Below, one piece after another: positions 13,901 to 27,150 of a stretch of DNA of 64,000 bases (position 1 is the first letter of the stretch; each line of letters opens with the position of its first letter). This DNA is from Octopus vulgaris. Its lineage: Eukaryota. The translations under genes and the position numbers were made by a program. The notes beneath the pieces were generated by a model that saw nothing but the letters and a program-made list of their open reading frames with translations, did no database searches and had not been told where the DNA came from. The stretch lies in assembly GCA_951406725.2 (NCBI GenBank), contig OX597823.1, positions 27,466,001-27,530,000 on the forward strand. The letters are read 5' to 3'.

Positions 13901-15100
13901 TTCTGCCAGCTCACTGCCTTTTGCTTGATAGTTTCTATGGTGGTATTGATGTCAAGTATGGTTTCCATATTACATTTTTACTTTAATTTTCGGATGATTT
14001 TTGTTGGTTTGATAGTCTTGTCAAGCTCAATGTTTTTAAGCATTCTATGTCTTCCCAAAGCAGCTGAAATTGGTGTTGAATACGATCTTGCCAAGTAGGC
14101 TTTTTGTGGGAATGTTGTCATTTTCTAATCTTTTCACCACATGGAATCGTTGCGATTTTCGCGGTTGCATAGTAAAGGTGGTTGAGATCTGTAATATCAA
14201 CATCATTAACTGAAATCATATTCTTAAGCGCAAGTCGGATTTTACCAATTACTTTCAGGTTTTGGTTAGAGTTGCGAATTTTGGGGGGAGTGTCACGTTC
14301 ATTCATACTGGTTTCTTTAATTTTCAGACATTTAATCATGACTTGATTTTTTAGATCATCTGGTACAGTTGGTCAATTTCTGTGTGACTTTTTTCATCTA
14401 TTTGACGTTTACGGATTCTTCAGAGATTATTTCCCTTTGCTTATCAGTTACATTAACTCTTTCAATCATTATTGCATTTTCATAAGCCCTAGGCTGGTCT
14501 ATAATTATTTCTTCTGTCGTATATTCTTTAGCTGCAACTTCGTTCCCTTTATTCCTTACTGATTGTTTAATTTGGTCAATCTCTAATTCAATTAATAATT
14601 TCTTTTTCCTTATGTTTCTTCTGACGTTGGCAAGTTTGTTACTGTCAATGTAGGATCTTACTTCAAGGTGCTTCTGTCTCCAGTTTAGGTCGGTTTGTTC
14701 AATATTATATTTATTAGTAGGAAAATACATGGCATGATAGAAGGTCTTAAGATCTTCTTTATTATCTACCCGAGACCATTTTTCATTCATTTTGTTTTGG
14801 TTATTTGATGACGAGCGTGGATGGCCATCTGTTAGAATATTCCGGTTGATGGGTAGTTCCAGCTCATGTGTTTCGGGAAGATTTGAACCAGTAGTACATT
14901 TTCCGTATGCAGTCTGATTTCTCACTGGGTTACGCGGCCCTTTTTGAACCGGGTAACGGTCGATTCGGTTCGAATTATGCTTTGTTATCACTGAGGCATG
15001 GCGAACTTGGACGTTCACAGGGGACGGATCTGTCTGTTTAGGGTTAATTTTTCGAGACAACACCGCCTCTGAGTTCTCTGAATGAAAACATTTCTCGTAA
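10937..15100 (-). mobile_element. Near full-length, decayed R4/Dong-like non-LTR retrotransposon (RT, CCHC, RLE)
   Basis: Minus-strand fragments: N-terminal ORF 14398-15063; RT motifs DKIPNLWLNAF, YRSITCL, GSYGCKDQLLINK, AFDSLPHSW, GDSLSPL; zinc knuckle CHVCQQQNKTIDHVVSMC; RLE ANRQDIILKD...IDMTVP. Many stops and frameshifts. Confidence 0.9.
13687..13918 (-). mobile_element. SINE family B monomer nested in the R4/Dong LINE, 18-bp TSD
   Basis: TSD ttttgcttgatagtttct at 13669-13686 and 13919-13936; body matches the first half of 43329-43725. Confidence 0.92.
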
Positions 15101-16208
15101 CGTAGCTTCTTAAGACTAACAGATCTGTATTCGTCTGTATTTATTTTCTGCTGATAGACTTATCTTTCGGAATAGTTTTTTTTTTTGTTTTTAAACTTAT
15201 GAATTGTTCGCTTTGTCTGTATTAGTTCGAAAAATAAAAAAAAATTGCTTTGTTATTTTTTGCTTTGTTTGTGATAAGTGCTTTCATATATGTGTATTTG
15301 TGTCCTGTAAATTTCACGTAGTTGTATAAACAATGGGATGTATGTGTAGTCCTAAGGTTATTAAAACGTATATATGATTGTGTAAACATTCGAGTGTATG
15401 CGTAATTAATCAATTTACGTACTTACTCTTTTGTTCCATTTATTTTTTATAATTTGTAAATTTTCCGATGTTGATTTCGCATGTGTTTTTCGCACATATT
15501 TTACTGAGACATCGTGCTTGGGAGAAACTATACTTTGAATGGCAGTGAAATTTCGGTTTTGCACTTATTTTCGTTAAAAGGCCGCTTTTGAATGGAGAGC
15601 CAGATATATAATCGACTCATCCTCTCTTTCAAAATGGAACCATTATTATTATTACTATTATTATTATTAATGCTGTTGTTGTTATTGTTGTTGTTTTCAT
15701 TAGTTTACTCATTATATTCTCTATAGACAACTTAATTCTTTTCAGTTGGAATATTATTTTCAATAGCCTTCTTTTAAAAAAGTTCCCCTCAGCATTTCCG
15801 GTTAATTTAGAGTTTATCTATTCTCCTTACTTGCTTATTCTGCAAACCATCCACAATCTATCTATATATCAGGCTAAGTTTTTACTTATAACCTTTGTAT
15901 TCTTTTATAATCTAGCATTCAATTTATAAGCAGCGACTTCCTGAACAGTGAAAGGTAGTATTAAGTCACTGGCGAAATCCCAACAAATGTTTGAAACATG
16001 TTCGACTGAAACCTCGGTTTCTGTATCTATTGATATCGTGTTTAAGGACACCTTGTTTACATCTTTCGGTATATACATTGTTAGCTGTATGAGTATGTGT
16101 GTGTGTAATAGACAGCCGCTTTTCTTTAAACCATTTTACATTGAAAACCCAATTCTACTCGAGTTTTATCTTTTTCCATTAAAAATCTTTCATAGTCCCT
16201 TATTTATC

Positions 16209-16284
<76 letters not shown>

Positions 16285-16486
16285 TTATAATTATAACCTT
16301 CCTAAATTCATTAGTCAGGAAAATTGAGGCTTACGCCTACGCGCGCGCACACACATACAGACTCACATGCACACATACGTATATACGTACATACATATAT
16401 ATGTATACCTCTGTATATAAAACTGAAAATATGTGTCTGTCTGTCTGTGTGTCTATATACGCATATATATATATGTGTATATATTT

Positions 16487-16517
<31 letters not shown>

Positions 16518-16518
<1 letters not shown>

Positions 16519-16653
16519 GGCACGGGCGTGGCAGTGTGCTAAGAAGTTTGCTTCCCAACCATACGGTTCCGGCTTCAGTCCCACTGCGTGGCACCGTGGG
16601 CAAGTGTCTTCGATTATAGCCTTGGGTCGACCAAAGCCTTGTGAGTGGATTTG
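16518..16653 (+). mobile_element. SINE family A 5' half
   Basis: ggcacgggcgtggcagtgtgctaagaag...ccttgtgagtggatttg, ending at the junction with a mariner fragment. Confidence 0.8.
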
Positions 16654-17167
16654 TCCAGCTTCTTTACCTTACCGATTTGTTTCAAAGGGTCCAATACAGT
16701 TGGAATCGAAACGTCACACCTTGCTGTTAACTCACGCGTAGTTTGAGATGTATCCGCTTCCACTACAGTTTCCAGCTCATCAATTCTCGATTTGTTCTTA
16801 GGTCCACCACGCGGCTGATTTTCAAGAGCAAAGACACCAGACCGGAACTTCTCAAACCATCGACGTACAGCGCGCTCATTCGCCACATCTTCACCAAATA
16901 CCTCGATACATTAATGTTTCGAGCTGTCTGGGGTGCATTCCACGACGTAACCCATATTCATAAACAATACGAATTTTTTCACAAAAATTGATTTACAAGA
17001 GAAAACTCACAATATATAACCAGACACCATGAATTGCATTTCGAAAAGTGATGATGTAACTCTTCAATGTTGTAAAACAAAGAATTGTCAGGGGAAAACA
17101 TTAGAGTTAACGACTGTTAAAATTGGTGCATAAGAAAATTGGACATTTCATTCTTAATGACCTGATA
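16654..17167 (-). mobile_element. Mariner transposase 5' fragment with TIR
   Basis: ANERAVRRWFEKFRSGVFALENQPRG...VEADTSQTTRELTARCDVSIPTVLDPLKQIGKVKKLD (mariner HTH domains); TIR-like tatcaggtcattaag near 17167. Confidence 0.85.
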
Positions 17168-17179
17168 TAAAGGGATTTT

Positions 17180-18050
17180 AAACTTCCTGTTTTGTGAAGG
17201 TAGAGTTTGCTTTAGTGTTTGTTTATAAAATTTCTTCAAATAATATGCTAAATTTGGGTTGAACATTAGGATGCGGTGTGGTTCATTTGTACACAGTTAG
17301 TAGAGTTTGTTATTACCTTGATATGGTTGTGTGTGAGAAAGAGTATTTTTCACTTGATGCTAAATGGAGTGATTTTTAAAAAATTTAACGTATCATATTT
17401 TCCTGTTTGTGTTGCGAAAAGTGTGTACTAGTTGTTCTGTGCTTTGAACTAATTCGCTGTTGATGATATAGCAGTTGGTGCCATGTGGTTACCATTGCAC
17501 TATATACGATATTTCTTGAGACTTGGTTAGTTTCCTTCTAGAGAGCAAGATGAAAGTGTTCTGCAATTGCAATTGCAAATGTGCTTGAGGTTGAGGTTTT
17601 CAATTTTAGATAATTTTTAGTGGTTGTAGAGGACTACTACCAAAGTTGATCGAAGTGAAGTATGGCCATTTTACATTGTTTGTTTATTAGTTTGTAATAT
17701 TTGTGTTGGGTTGGAAGTGTCTTTGCAGTATTTTGAAAAATAATTTAGTTATTTGTGTAGAGACTTGTATGTTGAAGGAAGAATTATTCCAGATAATTTT
17801 CATTTTCTATTCTTACGTATTTTATTTATTGTGTGCGTTGGGGGTTGTTTGAATATTGTACTTTACTTTTGTAACCGCTATTAGTGAGAGCTTCGTTGAC
17901 ATTTTGTGTAGCCTTTTTTTTCATCTGAAGATGAACAGGAAATGTTTTTACTAGGTTTTTGATAATGCTTTCGGTGTGGTTGGATTTGACCTTTACATTT
18001 CCAAAGCAACAGGATTAAATATAATAATACCAACATCAATAAAAATACGG
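17180..18050 (-). mobile_element. Degraded Penelope-like element (linker and GIY-YIG region)
   Basis: Frameshifted minus-strand remnants KNRK*KIIWNNSSFNIQVSTQITKLF, CNCNCRTLSSCSLEGN and NIVYSA resemble PLE RKRxIIWFNPPF / CNC..CPLxGxC / NIVY motifs. Confidence 0.6.
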
Positions 18051-18216
18051 TCACACCTCATGCCTACCTAATGTATTGCATACACATGCGCGCACATATA
18101 TGCGAATATAACAATATATGTGTTTATATATAAATATATGAACACACGTCAAACTATGCGCGCGTGTGTGAACATAACAATATATATATTCATTTATATA
18201 AATATATGTACACACA

Positions 18217-18278
<62 letters not shown>

Positions 18279-18341
18279 GGTCCCAGTAAATAAGTACTAA
18301 TACATGGGAGTTGAGTCGGGGTTAACTCCTTCTATAAAATA

Positions 18342-18398
<57 letters not shown>

Positions 18399-18528
18399 TT
18401 AAAGACAACCATAAGGGATAATACTCAATACATGGCAGTTTACTGTTGCAAGGCAATTGAATAAATTAATTTTAGATTTTATAGAAGGAAGCTTCAATTG
18501 ACAGGACTAAGCTCCTTCTATAAAATAA

Positions 18529-18632
<104 letters not shown>

Positions 18633-18839
18633 CGATATTAATAATACAATAATTGTTTCTTGTCAGGAACAAAAATATTAATAGGACTACTATAGAAGTG
18701 CTCTATTGGAAGAGACAAAAATGGCCATAGGGATAAGTAAACATGATTTCCTTCTTATCTATAAGGCTTAATTTACCTGAATTATTTATTTAATAAGATT
18801 TCTAAACGATGAACCTTATTTTACTTTATTTACATGATA

Positions 18840-18905
<66 letters not shown>

Positions 18906-19206
18906 TTATATATTTTTATATACCTATATTTTTATATACCTATATATTTTTTATATATTACTTATATTATATTTTACTTTCTACGTCTTTTTATAAATGT
19001 ATTTTCTCTGAATCGCTAAAATATTAAATCTAAATTTTTAACGATAAGAATTTTTCTCGCACCATATTATTATTATTATGTGCTATACAGATGAATTTTG
19101 TTCCATCTTGCGGGTTATATGTTTATTCTATAATTAAATGTTCGAATTATGAAATGATATGCGGATGACCTTGCATTTGTTTGTTCAATGATTTTAGTTT
19201 GATATA

Positions 19207-19281
<75 letters not shown>

Positions 19282-19283
<2 letters not shown>

Positions 19284-19332
19284 CCTCAATGAAGATTTGT
19301 CGAAAGTGTAGACTATTTTTTACTTAACCTGA

Positions 19333-19376
<44 letters not shown>

Positions 19377-19427
19377 TCAGGTGAAGTAAAAAATAGTCTA
19401 CACTTTCGACAAATCTTCATTGAGGTT
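19282..19427. repeat. 146-bp palindrome centred on (TA)n
   Basis: aacctcaatgaag...cctgatgtaca (TA)n tgtacatcagg...cttcattgaggtt, one mismatch between the arms. Confidence 0.95.
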
Positions 19428-19472
19428 GGCCGCACTATCTTCAGCGCTCGCATGCTAAAAAATGGAACTCTT

Positions 19473-19529
<57 letters not shown>

Positions 19530-19531
<2 letters not shown>

Positions 19532-20630
19532 GCTCTGCTGGAAGTGTACTCCTCAGAAGAACATAGATCAGTGATGCGAATATGCTAAATGTGTGTGAGT
19601 CACTGAAATTCATTGCAGAATTATAGTACAATACGGTGATGGCGGTCTACCATGTAGAAGTGTGTTGGAGCGGATCGAAATGTTTATAAATGGCCGGGCA
19701 AACGAGAAGCACATAGAGAGAGCAGGGATGTCCATCAACCTCCATCACTGACATGAAGATTCAGCAAGCTCGATAGATAGTGCAAGTGAACCGATGGTCA
19801 CCTCGATGAGGTGGAGTGTTCTCTGCAAATAGTCATAGTTCGGCATACGAAACCATACAGGACAAGCTTCGCTTTCGTAAGATATGTGCGGGAAGGTTGC
19901 CAAGAGAGCGCATTGGAGTGTATAAGCGCAATCGTGTGGAAATCTATCAACGCTTACTTGACAACTACGAATATGAAGGGGAAGCGTTTTTGGAGAGAAT
20001 AGTTACAGGAGATGAGAGAGGGTCCATCACTTTCAACCAGAATACAAAGATCAGAATACGGAATGAAAACGTAAGGAATCGCTAGCGAAATAGAAATTCA
20101 TGAATCAACCTTCCGCTGGCAAAAAAAAAAATGATGCTGACCGTTTTATGGGGCGGAAAATCCCATATGCTGGAAAATTATCTGGAAAAGAGGTTTACCG
20201 TCACCGGTGCAGGCTATAGTGAAATGGTGACCAACAAAATAAAGTCAACAATTTGTATCAAATGCCGAGATCTATAAGTGTTCTTGTTGCATGGCAATGC
20301 ACGACCACATATGGCCGTCCACACTATTACAAAATGAAGTTTTGAGTTCCCGGAACACCCTGCATACACTCCAGATCTCGCCCCTTCCAGCTATAGTTTC
20401 TCTGGACCGCTCAAACATTCTTTACGAGAACATTGTTTTGCAACAGACTAAGATGCGCAGGAAGCAGTGCATAAATGGCAGTGTGACCAGATGAAAAGCT
20501 TCTTTTCCGATGGAATAAGATTATGTACCACTAGAAGAAATGCAGCGAAAAGCAAGGCATCTATGTCAGAAAATGATATAATCGTTCAACACCTACTTTT
20601 GTTTTAATAAATTACAGAAACGTACAATTT
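19530..20630 (+). mobile_element. Decayed mariner (DD34D-type) transposase
   Basis: DKLRFRKICAGRLPR, FLERIVTGDE and HPAYTPDLAPSSY...GPLKHSLR in broken frames. Confidence 0.85.
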
Positions 20631-20704
20631 TAGACTTACCATCGTACATATATATACACCCATGCATACATACATACGTATATATATATGTATGTGTATA
20701 TATG

Positions 20705-20772
<68 letters not shown>

Positions 20773-22088
20773 TGTATGTATGTATGTATGTATGTATGTA
20801 TGTATGTATGTGTGTATGTGTGTATATATATATATATACGGATGTGTGTTAATACAAGCGTTTGAATATCCAACTATATGTATGTGTATATATGTGAGCG
20901 CGCGTGCGCGAGTATGTCGTTCCTTTAACTTTCAAATAATCTTTTTTCTATTATGGAAATTGGCAATTTTACTCGGATTTGCATTTCTGCAAAAATTTCA
21001 TTTCAATGCATTTTTTTCTTCTCTCAGATATACATTGAAAACGCCTAAGCATACATAAATACAAATAAAAACAAACACAAAACACACACACACAGACATA
21101 TACATACATAAATATACATACATACATACATACATACATACATACATACATACATACATACATACATACATACATACGTATGTGTGTGTGTATTTTTCTA
21201 TATTATTTCTACAATTCTAAAATGCGTCATTAATGTTTCTTTTTATCTATTTATATGTTGATTCTGTTAAAGTAAATATCTGTTTATTTCAAATATTTGA
21301 TTACTTTTCAGTGTCTATTAGTATTTCTTCAGCTTTTTTTGCAACTTGAATCGCTCTCTCTCTCTTTTTCGCTTTCTCGCACTCTCTCTCTCTCTTTCGC
21401 TTTCTCGCACTCTCTCTCTCTCTCTCTCTCTCTCACACTCTCACTCTTTTCGTATATACATATTTGCATTTATACATACATTATTTATGTATGTATATAT
21501 ACCTGCATATACTCATATATATACATGAATATACGCATATATGTATATATACATGTATATAATCCATACATGCATTTAGACATATTTACATATATCTGTA
21601 CATTATGTGTGCGTATATGTATGTATATGTGTATATATACATATACACATATATGTTGTTACACCTTTATTATTCCGAGTTTCGCGAATTTTCGCTGATA
21701 CAGCAACCAAGTTATTAGGAAGTGTGTGTAGGCGCACTTCCTAGTCACACCCGCAAACCCACCCACACACACATACACACATCTACACCCACACCCACAT
21801 ATACACACTCACACACACGCACACATACACTCACACATACACACACTCACACCCACATATACACACACTTGCACACACACATGCACAAATTCACACACAC
21901 AAACTTACATACACACACGCGCACACAATATTTATATCGCTGTCCAAAATCCTGAAAACTAGCGCATTCTCAAAAAATCATTTTGCCTATCAGACGTGCT
22001 GACCAGAAGGAGACAGAGATACAAACATTGGTCAGTTTGGTGGTGAATAAAAAGAAAACTAAACGAACGAAACGAGAAAAATTATAAG

Positions 22089-22673
22089 CAGTAATACCTC
22101 ACCATATCGCGGTTCACCTATCGCGTACTCAGTACATCGCGGATTTTTCTGGCTAATACAGGGAGTTCAAAAAGTCTCTCCGCAGTAAATATTTTACTGC
22201 AAAATAAATATTTATAAGATGGTATAAGACTGCAAAAGAATATATTAAACTATACAAGACTTTACAAAAATTTTATTAGAGGTGTTGAAAGTGTCGTCCT
22301 TCATTTTCAATACATAAGATTTGAAAATGTTTTGAAATATATCTTGGAGAGTCTGACGCGGTATGGACCGTCTTTTAGCTCATTAACGGTTTTCGGGCGA
22401 TTCTTGTACACTGATCCTTTACTTGCTCCGCAGAAAAAATGTCTGGCGGTGTTAAATCAGGGGATCTTGGTGGCCAGAGTGGCCTTCGAAATAATCCGTT
22501 CACCGAAAATTCACTGCGGAAAGACATTTTGATCACCCTGTATATGTAAATTTATATCGCGGACTCCACAGTATATCGCGGGTTTCTGCAGCCGATATTC
22601 ATATTTTTTAGATTTTAATTATTTCTGTGAGAGGTTTTGGAACGTAACACCCGAGATAGTCGAGGGATTGCTG
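22089..22673. mobile_element. pogo/Tigger-like MITE, host of a nested insertion
   Basis: TIRs cagtaatacctcaccatatcgcgg and ccgagatagtcgagggattgctg|ta, with repeated tatcgcgg subterminal motifs. A related left end lies at about 36432-36475. Confidence 0.75.
22159..22540 (-). mobile_element. Internally deleted Tc1/mariner element nested in the Tigger-like MITE
   Basis: TA|cagggagttcaaaaagtctctccgcagt ... actgcggaaagacattttgatcaccctg|TA; minus strand retains LWPPRSPDLTPPDIF. Confidence 0.82.
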
Positions 22674-22836
22674 TAATGTAGATATGGCCTGTGTCTGAGG
22701 AAAGCAAAGTGGGTTGACAATCAAAGCAAGACATAATAAAAACACGTTGCATTGCTAAAGAGAACGAAGGACGAATGTGTGAAGCAGAGAAAAAATATTA
22801 TGATATAACTATAAAGTAACAAAGGAAATACACATT

Positions 22837-23017
22837 CTTTTACTCGTTTCAGACTGCGGCCATGCTGGAGCACCGACTTTCAATCGAACAAACCGACCCC
22901 ATGACTTATTCTTTCTAAGCCATCTACTTATTCCATTGGTCTCTTTTGCGGGGACGTAAACACACCAACATCGGTTGTTAAGCGATTTTTTTTTGGGGGG
23001 GGGAAACACAGACACAG

Positions 23018-23030
<13 letters not shown>
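22837..23030 (-). mobile_element. SINE family A 3' half
   Basis: gactgcggccatgctggagcaccg...gacgtaaacacaccaacatcggttg. Confidence 0.8.
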
Positions 23031-23051
<21 letters not shown>

Positions 23052-23054
23052 GAA

Positions 23055-23246
23055 GGCACGTGGCTTTATGGGTTAGGGCATTCGGCTCACGATCGCAAGG
23101 CCGTGAGTTCAATTCCCGGCGACTCGTTGTGTCCTTGAGCAAGACACTTTATTTCACGTTGCTTCAGTCCATTCAGTTGGCAAAAATTGGTAGTACCTGT
23201 ATTTCAAAGGGCCAGCCTTGTCACATTCTGTATCACGCTGAATCTG
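23055..23246 (+). mobile_element. SINE family C (tRNA-derived, CORE-like domain; resembles octopus OR-type SINEs)
   Basis: tRNA-like head with A/B boxes (tggctttatgggttagg; gagttcaattccc), then CORE-like tgtgtccttgagcaagacactttatttcacgttgc. Body shared with 61925-62168. Confidence 0.75.
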
Positions 23247-25438
23247 TGTGTCTTCTAGGGTCTCGGGCATCCTACATCCGATTGCGCTCAAATTTGATGT
23301 GTAAATACCGACGGTATCAGGGCGTGTACAAGTCTTGAAAAAATTACAAAAATCGATTCCAAGTGAGAATGCGATCGATAAAGCCGTGAGAACGTGCATT
23401 TGTAAAGTCTATCTCTATTTCTTCTTTTGCTGGTGTCTCAAATTTAGGTTAAATGGGACGATCGGACAATTTGATTCGAGAAAATTTGCTTTAAATGTTT
23501 GATAACTCAACACCGTCCATTGGACGGGGGACGTTTTGCTCTTATATATATATGAATGAGAAAAGAAGAAAGTGGAGAAATTGACATGCAGACTGCAGTT
23601 TATTTAAAGATACTTAAGTCCAAATAATAAAATTCCTGTCCTACAGCCATTTCCATATGCAATTAGTTCAATTACTGAAATTAAATTGAAGTAAATTGAT
23701 TTATCTTAAATTTCCATGTTGAAACTGGTTAACTGGGCATTTCATAAGGGAAGCATTTTCCAAAAGAGAGTTACATTTCAACGTGTTGGTTGACGTACGA
23801 CAGACTCAGAATTGTGCATTTTAGAATGTGTGCATCGCTTAAAAAAAAAACGTTATTTTCATATTATACATACATATAAACAAATACGTTTGATATATTT
23901 GTGCGCGTGCATATGTAATACCTATTGGTTTTTATTGGTGGAGGTGTGGTAGTTAGAACGAACTAGATGTTATAGGAAGAGAGAGAGATTAAAGCGAGTG
24001 AAAGAAAAAGATGGGTAGAGAGAGGGGAAGGGAGGGGAAGGTAACATTCAACAAGTAGTTGTGCACGCGTTTCTTAAAATACTGAAGACAATGAGAAACA
24101 TATGACGTATCAAAACTGCTGGCTAATTACCATATAATGGTGTTGCATCATCAAATTTGTGTGTAGATCTACGGTCGATATAAACTTTGTAAACATAACG
24201 TAAAACTAGATATTACCAGATACCATTTATAGATAATTTATTTTAAAACTAAGTACACTAAAGTTGCAATTATTATTAAGATATGTTTTATCTCAAATTT
24301 AGTTTCATAAATTATAAGAATTTCAAACGATATATTTATGAGAAACGTGCTTAATTGAATCTATTGTAAAATGCTAATATATAGCCATGTATAGAAGACA
24401 TAACGTTTATCTACACCATTTAATTGAAATATTACATTGTATCAAATTATATTATGCTATATTATATTATATATATTTTTCATGAATATTACAACTACTA
24501 ACCATTTTTAACGCTTATCATCAATGATGTTAATATATATTTAATGGTAGCTTTTAAGAGTCCATTTACATGCGTGAACACATGAAAAAACAGTCTCTAT
24601 TTTAACATTTAAGAGATGTTTCCTACAATATATGATCAAAATTAATTCTTCTAGGCAGAGAAAGCAAAAGGAGTTTCCAGGCTTATAAGCAGTTGCCTTA
24701 ATTATAATCTTCCACTCAACTGAAAAACTTTTTTTTCCTGTCTTTCAAGTCCCAAATAAATTTACTGATGCTTGTAGAAGAACTGTTCCTATTTATTAGA
24801 GGTGTAATTATGGTTAGACACGCGTTTTTTAACAAAATTTTGCATATCCTCTATGTAGAAGAAACTTTTACTCTCAGATATCACCTTACATCTGTAAACA
24901 ACATTCTTTTGCTTACAATAAGTTTTAACTTCTTCCCCAGCAACTTTTTTTAAGAAAACGTTTCATTTTCAAACGAATTTTATTGCCTTTTTTTATAGTT
25001 GAATATGTCATCTGATGTATCCAAGTATCTAATAGAAGATTCATATTCATTGCCATCTTCTGAGATCGACATCTGCAAATAATTTGTAAAAGAAAAATAA
25101 ACAGAAGAAAGAACGAGAAATGCCGAGAATTGCCGCATAAACCCGTCTGTTGCTGTTTTTGAAATTATATGTTTTGGACGAGTTTACTCGTTGCATTCTA
25201 ATAAAGACAAATTGGGTGAAGACAAGTTAACTCGTCTTTGCCGGGTAAGGGTTAAATAAACACTCACTTCTAACCCTGCAATCGCAAAAAGTATTTTCAT
25301 TAGTACTCGTATTATTACTGTTTCACATCATTACATTCATTATAATTCCTATTCGCCATTTTATCTATTTTCAAGAGGTTGGCATGGGATCTAACATGGG
25401 TTGTTGCCCCTTGTTTTCTCTTAAAAACTGCCATTTAA

Positions 25439-25661
25439 CCCATTAAGTCCCTGAGTACTTAAATTTCTGAATATTATTTTTAAATTTTTACAGTTGATTG
25501 AAAATAGGTTAAAATGAAAAAAATAGTAATTTAAACTCCTTTACTTCGAGCAGAAATGGAAATACTCGCTGTCCTATAAATAGGAAACTGAGACAATGTG
25601 ATATAGCTTATTTAATGCTTTCATTTAGTGTCCTATTTATAGGACAATAGGACTTAATGGG
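25439..25661. mobile_element. piggyBac-like MITE (223 bp)
   Basis: TTAA|CCCATTAAGTCC ... GGACTTAATGGG|TTAA: 12-bp perfect TIR and TTAA TSD; internal gtcctat(a/t)...atagga palindromic motifs. Confidence 0.85.
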
Positions 25662-25737
25662 TTAATATATAAAGCATCATTGAGGATAAGCGTTAAAAAA
25701 TGGTTAGTAGTTGTAATATTCATGAAAAATATATGAT

Positions 25738-26120
25738 ACTAGCAGTATCGCCCGGCGTTGCTCAGGTTTGTAAGGGAAATAACTATAAAGCATTTTTAGA
25801 GAGTTATAGCCAAAAAATAGCAAAAAATGGAAAAAAATTATGGTAAATTTTTTTTTAGAGTAAAAAAAGGTGGAGTTGCGTCCCCTAGACAGTTTGCGGT
25901 TTGTGTTTCTGATTCTCGACCCCATGTCGAATTTATCGATTTTTTCAGATCTGGGGGAACTTTTCAAAATTTTCGCTGCGCTAGTTTTGAATTATGACAT
26001 TGGGCTATGTGTGTGTCAAGTTTCATCAGAATCGGTTGAAAGCCGTGGTCAGGGTGAGGGTACAAGCAAACAGACACACAGAAACACGCACAGACAAACT
26101 GCCGTTTATATATAGAGAGA
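25738..26120 (+). mobile_element. Helitron/Helentron-like non-autonomous element
   Basis: 5' actagcagtatcgcccggcgttgctc(g/a)ggtttgtaagggaaat shared in reverse with 51875-51916; 3' acagac...tttatatatag end as in Lep1/HINE-type elements. Confidence 0.7.
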
Positions 26121-26344
26121 TAATTTAATAGTATGATATAATTTAATATAATATAATATTTTAATTAAACGTGGCAATGTATTGGTATTTTACTATAGAT
26201 TCAATTAAGTACGTTTCTCATGAATATATCGTTTGAAATTCTTGTAATAATTTATGAAACTACATAATAATATCTAGTTTTTTGCTTTGTTCACAAAGTT
26301 TATATCGACCGTAGATTTACGCACAAATATTGATGACGCAAGCA

Positions 26345-27150
26345 CTCTACAAGAACCAAAATTTTGAGGCTTGCATGTTATGTGCTAGATATTTTGAATT
26401 AAACTGTCCTTATTCGTGTTTTTTCGTAAGGATACTAACACTGCCTGACTCACAGAACTGGGTGTAATCTTAATCCGCTGTCAGATGCAGTAGACGTCTG
26501 ACAGGACATCGGCGAACAAGTCTTGCATATATAAGTAAAGCTCATAAGACAATTCGCCCAAGCGTATTTCGGACAGTCTGCTCTACACAACTGCTTAACA
26601 CTAACTGCATCTCAATACAACCGCATGAAACAACTTAACGTTGGTTGAATCAAAACTGTAGTTAGCAGTTTTCCGCAGCGTTCTACATCTGCTGAGAGCC
26701 GAGGCAGGCTGTCGGCATAAACGCTGACCTCCACTACAACCTCTTGCCGAATGCCTGCCTCAAATATTTGAGTAAAGTGGTGTAGGACGCCGCATCTACT
26801 TTCAATCGAGATTCATACGCCCTGCTTCGTCGAAGGCTGAATTGTGATTTTAGTATCACTTCACGCCTCTGCTAACTGGACCTATTAAATGGCTTTCATT
26901 TCTTCGTACCATAGATTACTCTCCTTATCTCTTACAGTTCAATCTTCATGTTTTGCGTTAAAGAGATGGTTGATTACCTTTATCGCTTCTAGTTAGTTGA
27001 GCGAGACGCTTTGCCTAATTACCTCTTCTCACCTCTGATCAACTTTTCTCTATCACTACTGTGTGCTAAGCCTTATCGATTATTCTAAATCCTCTCTTTA
27101 AAATGTTCGATTACCAGTTGCTGGTGATTGCTTCATCAACCACTGCCTAA
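26345..27150 (-). mobile_element. Old Tx1/L1-clade ORF2 fragment (RT N-terminus)
   Basis: LGELSYELYLYMQDLFADVLSDVYCI*QR...SVSQAVLVSLRKNTNKDSLIQNI*HIT resembles the PGxDGLPYEFY...GxITLIxK...NxRPITL region. Confidence 0.65.
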
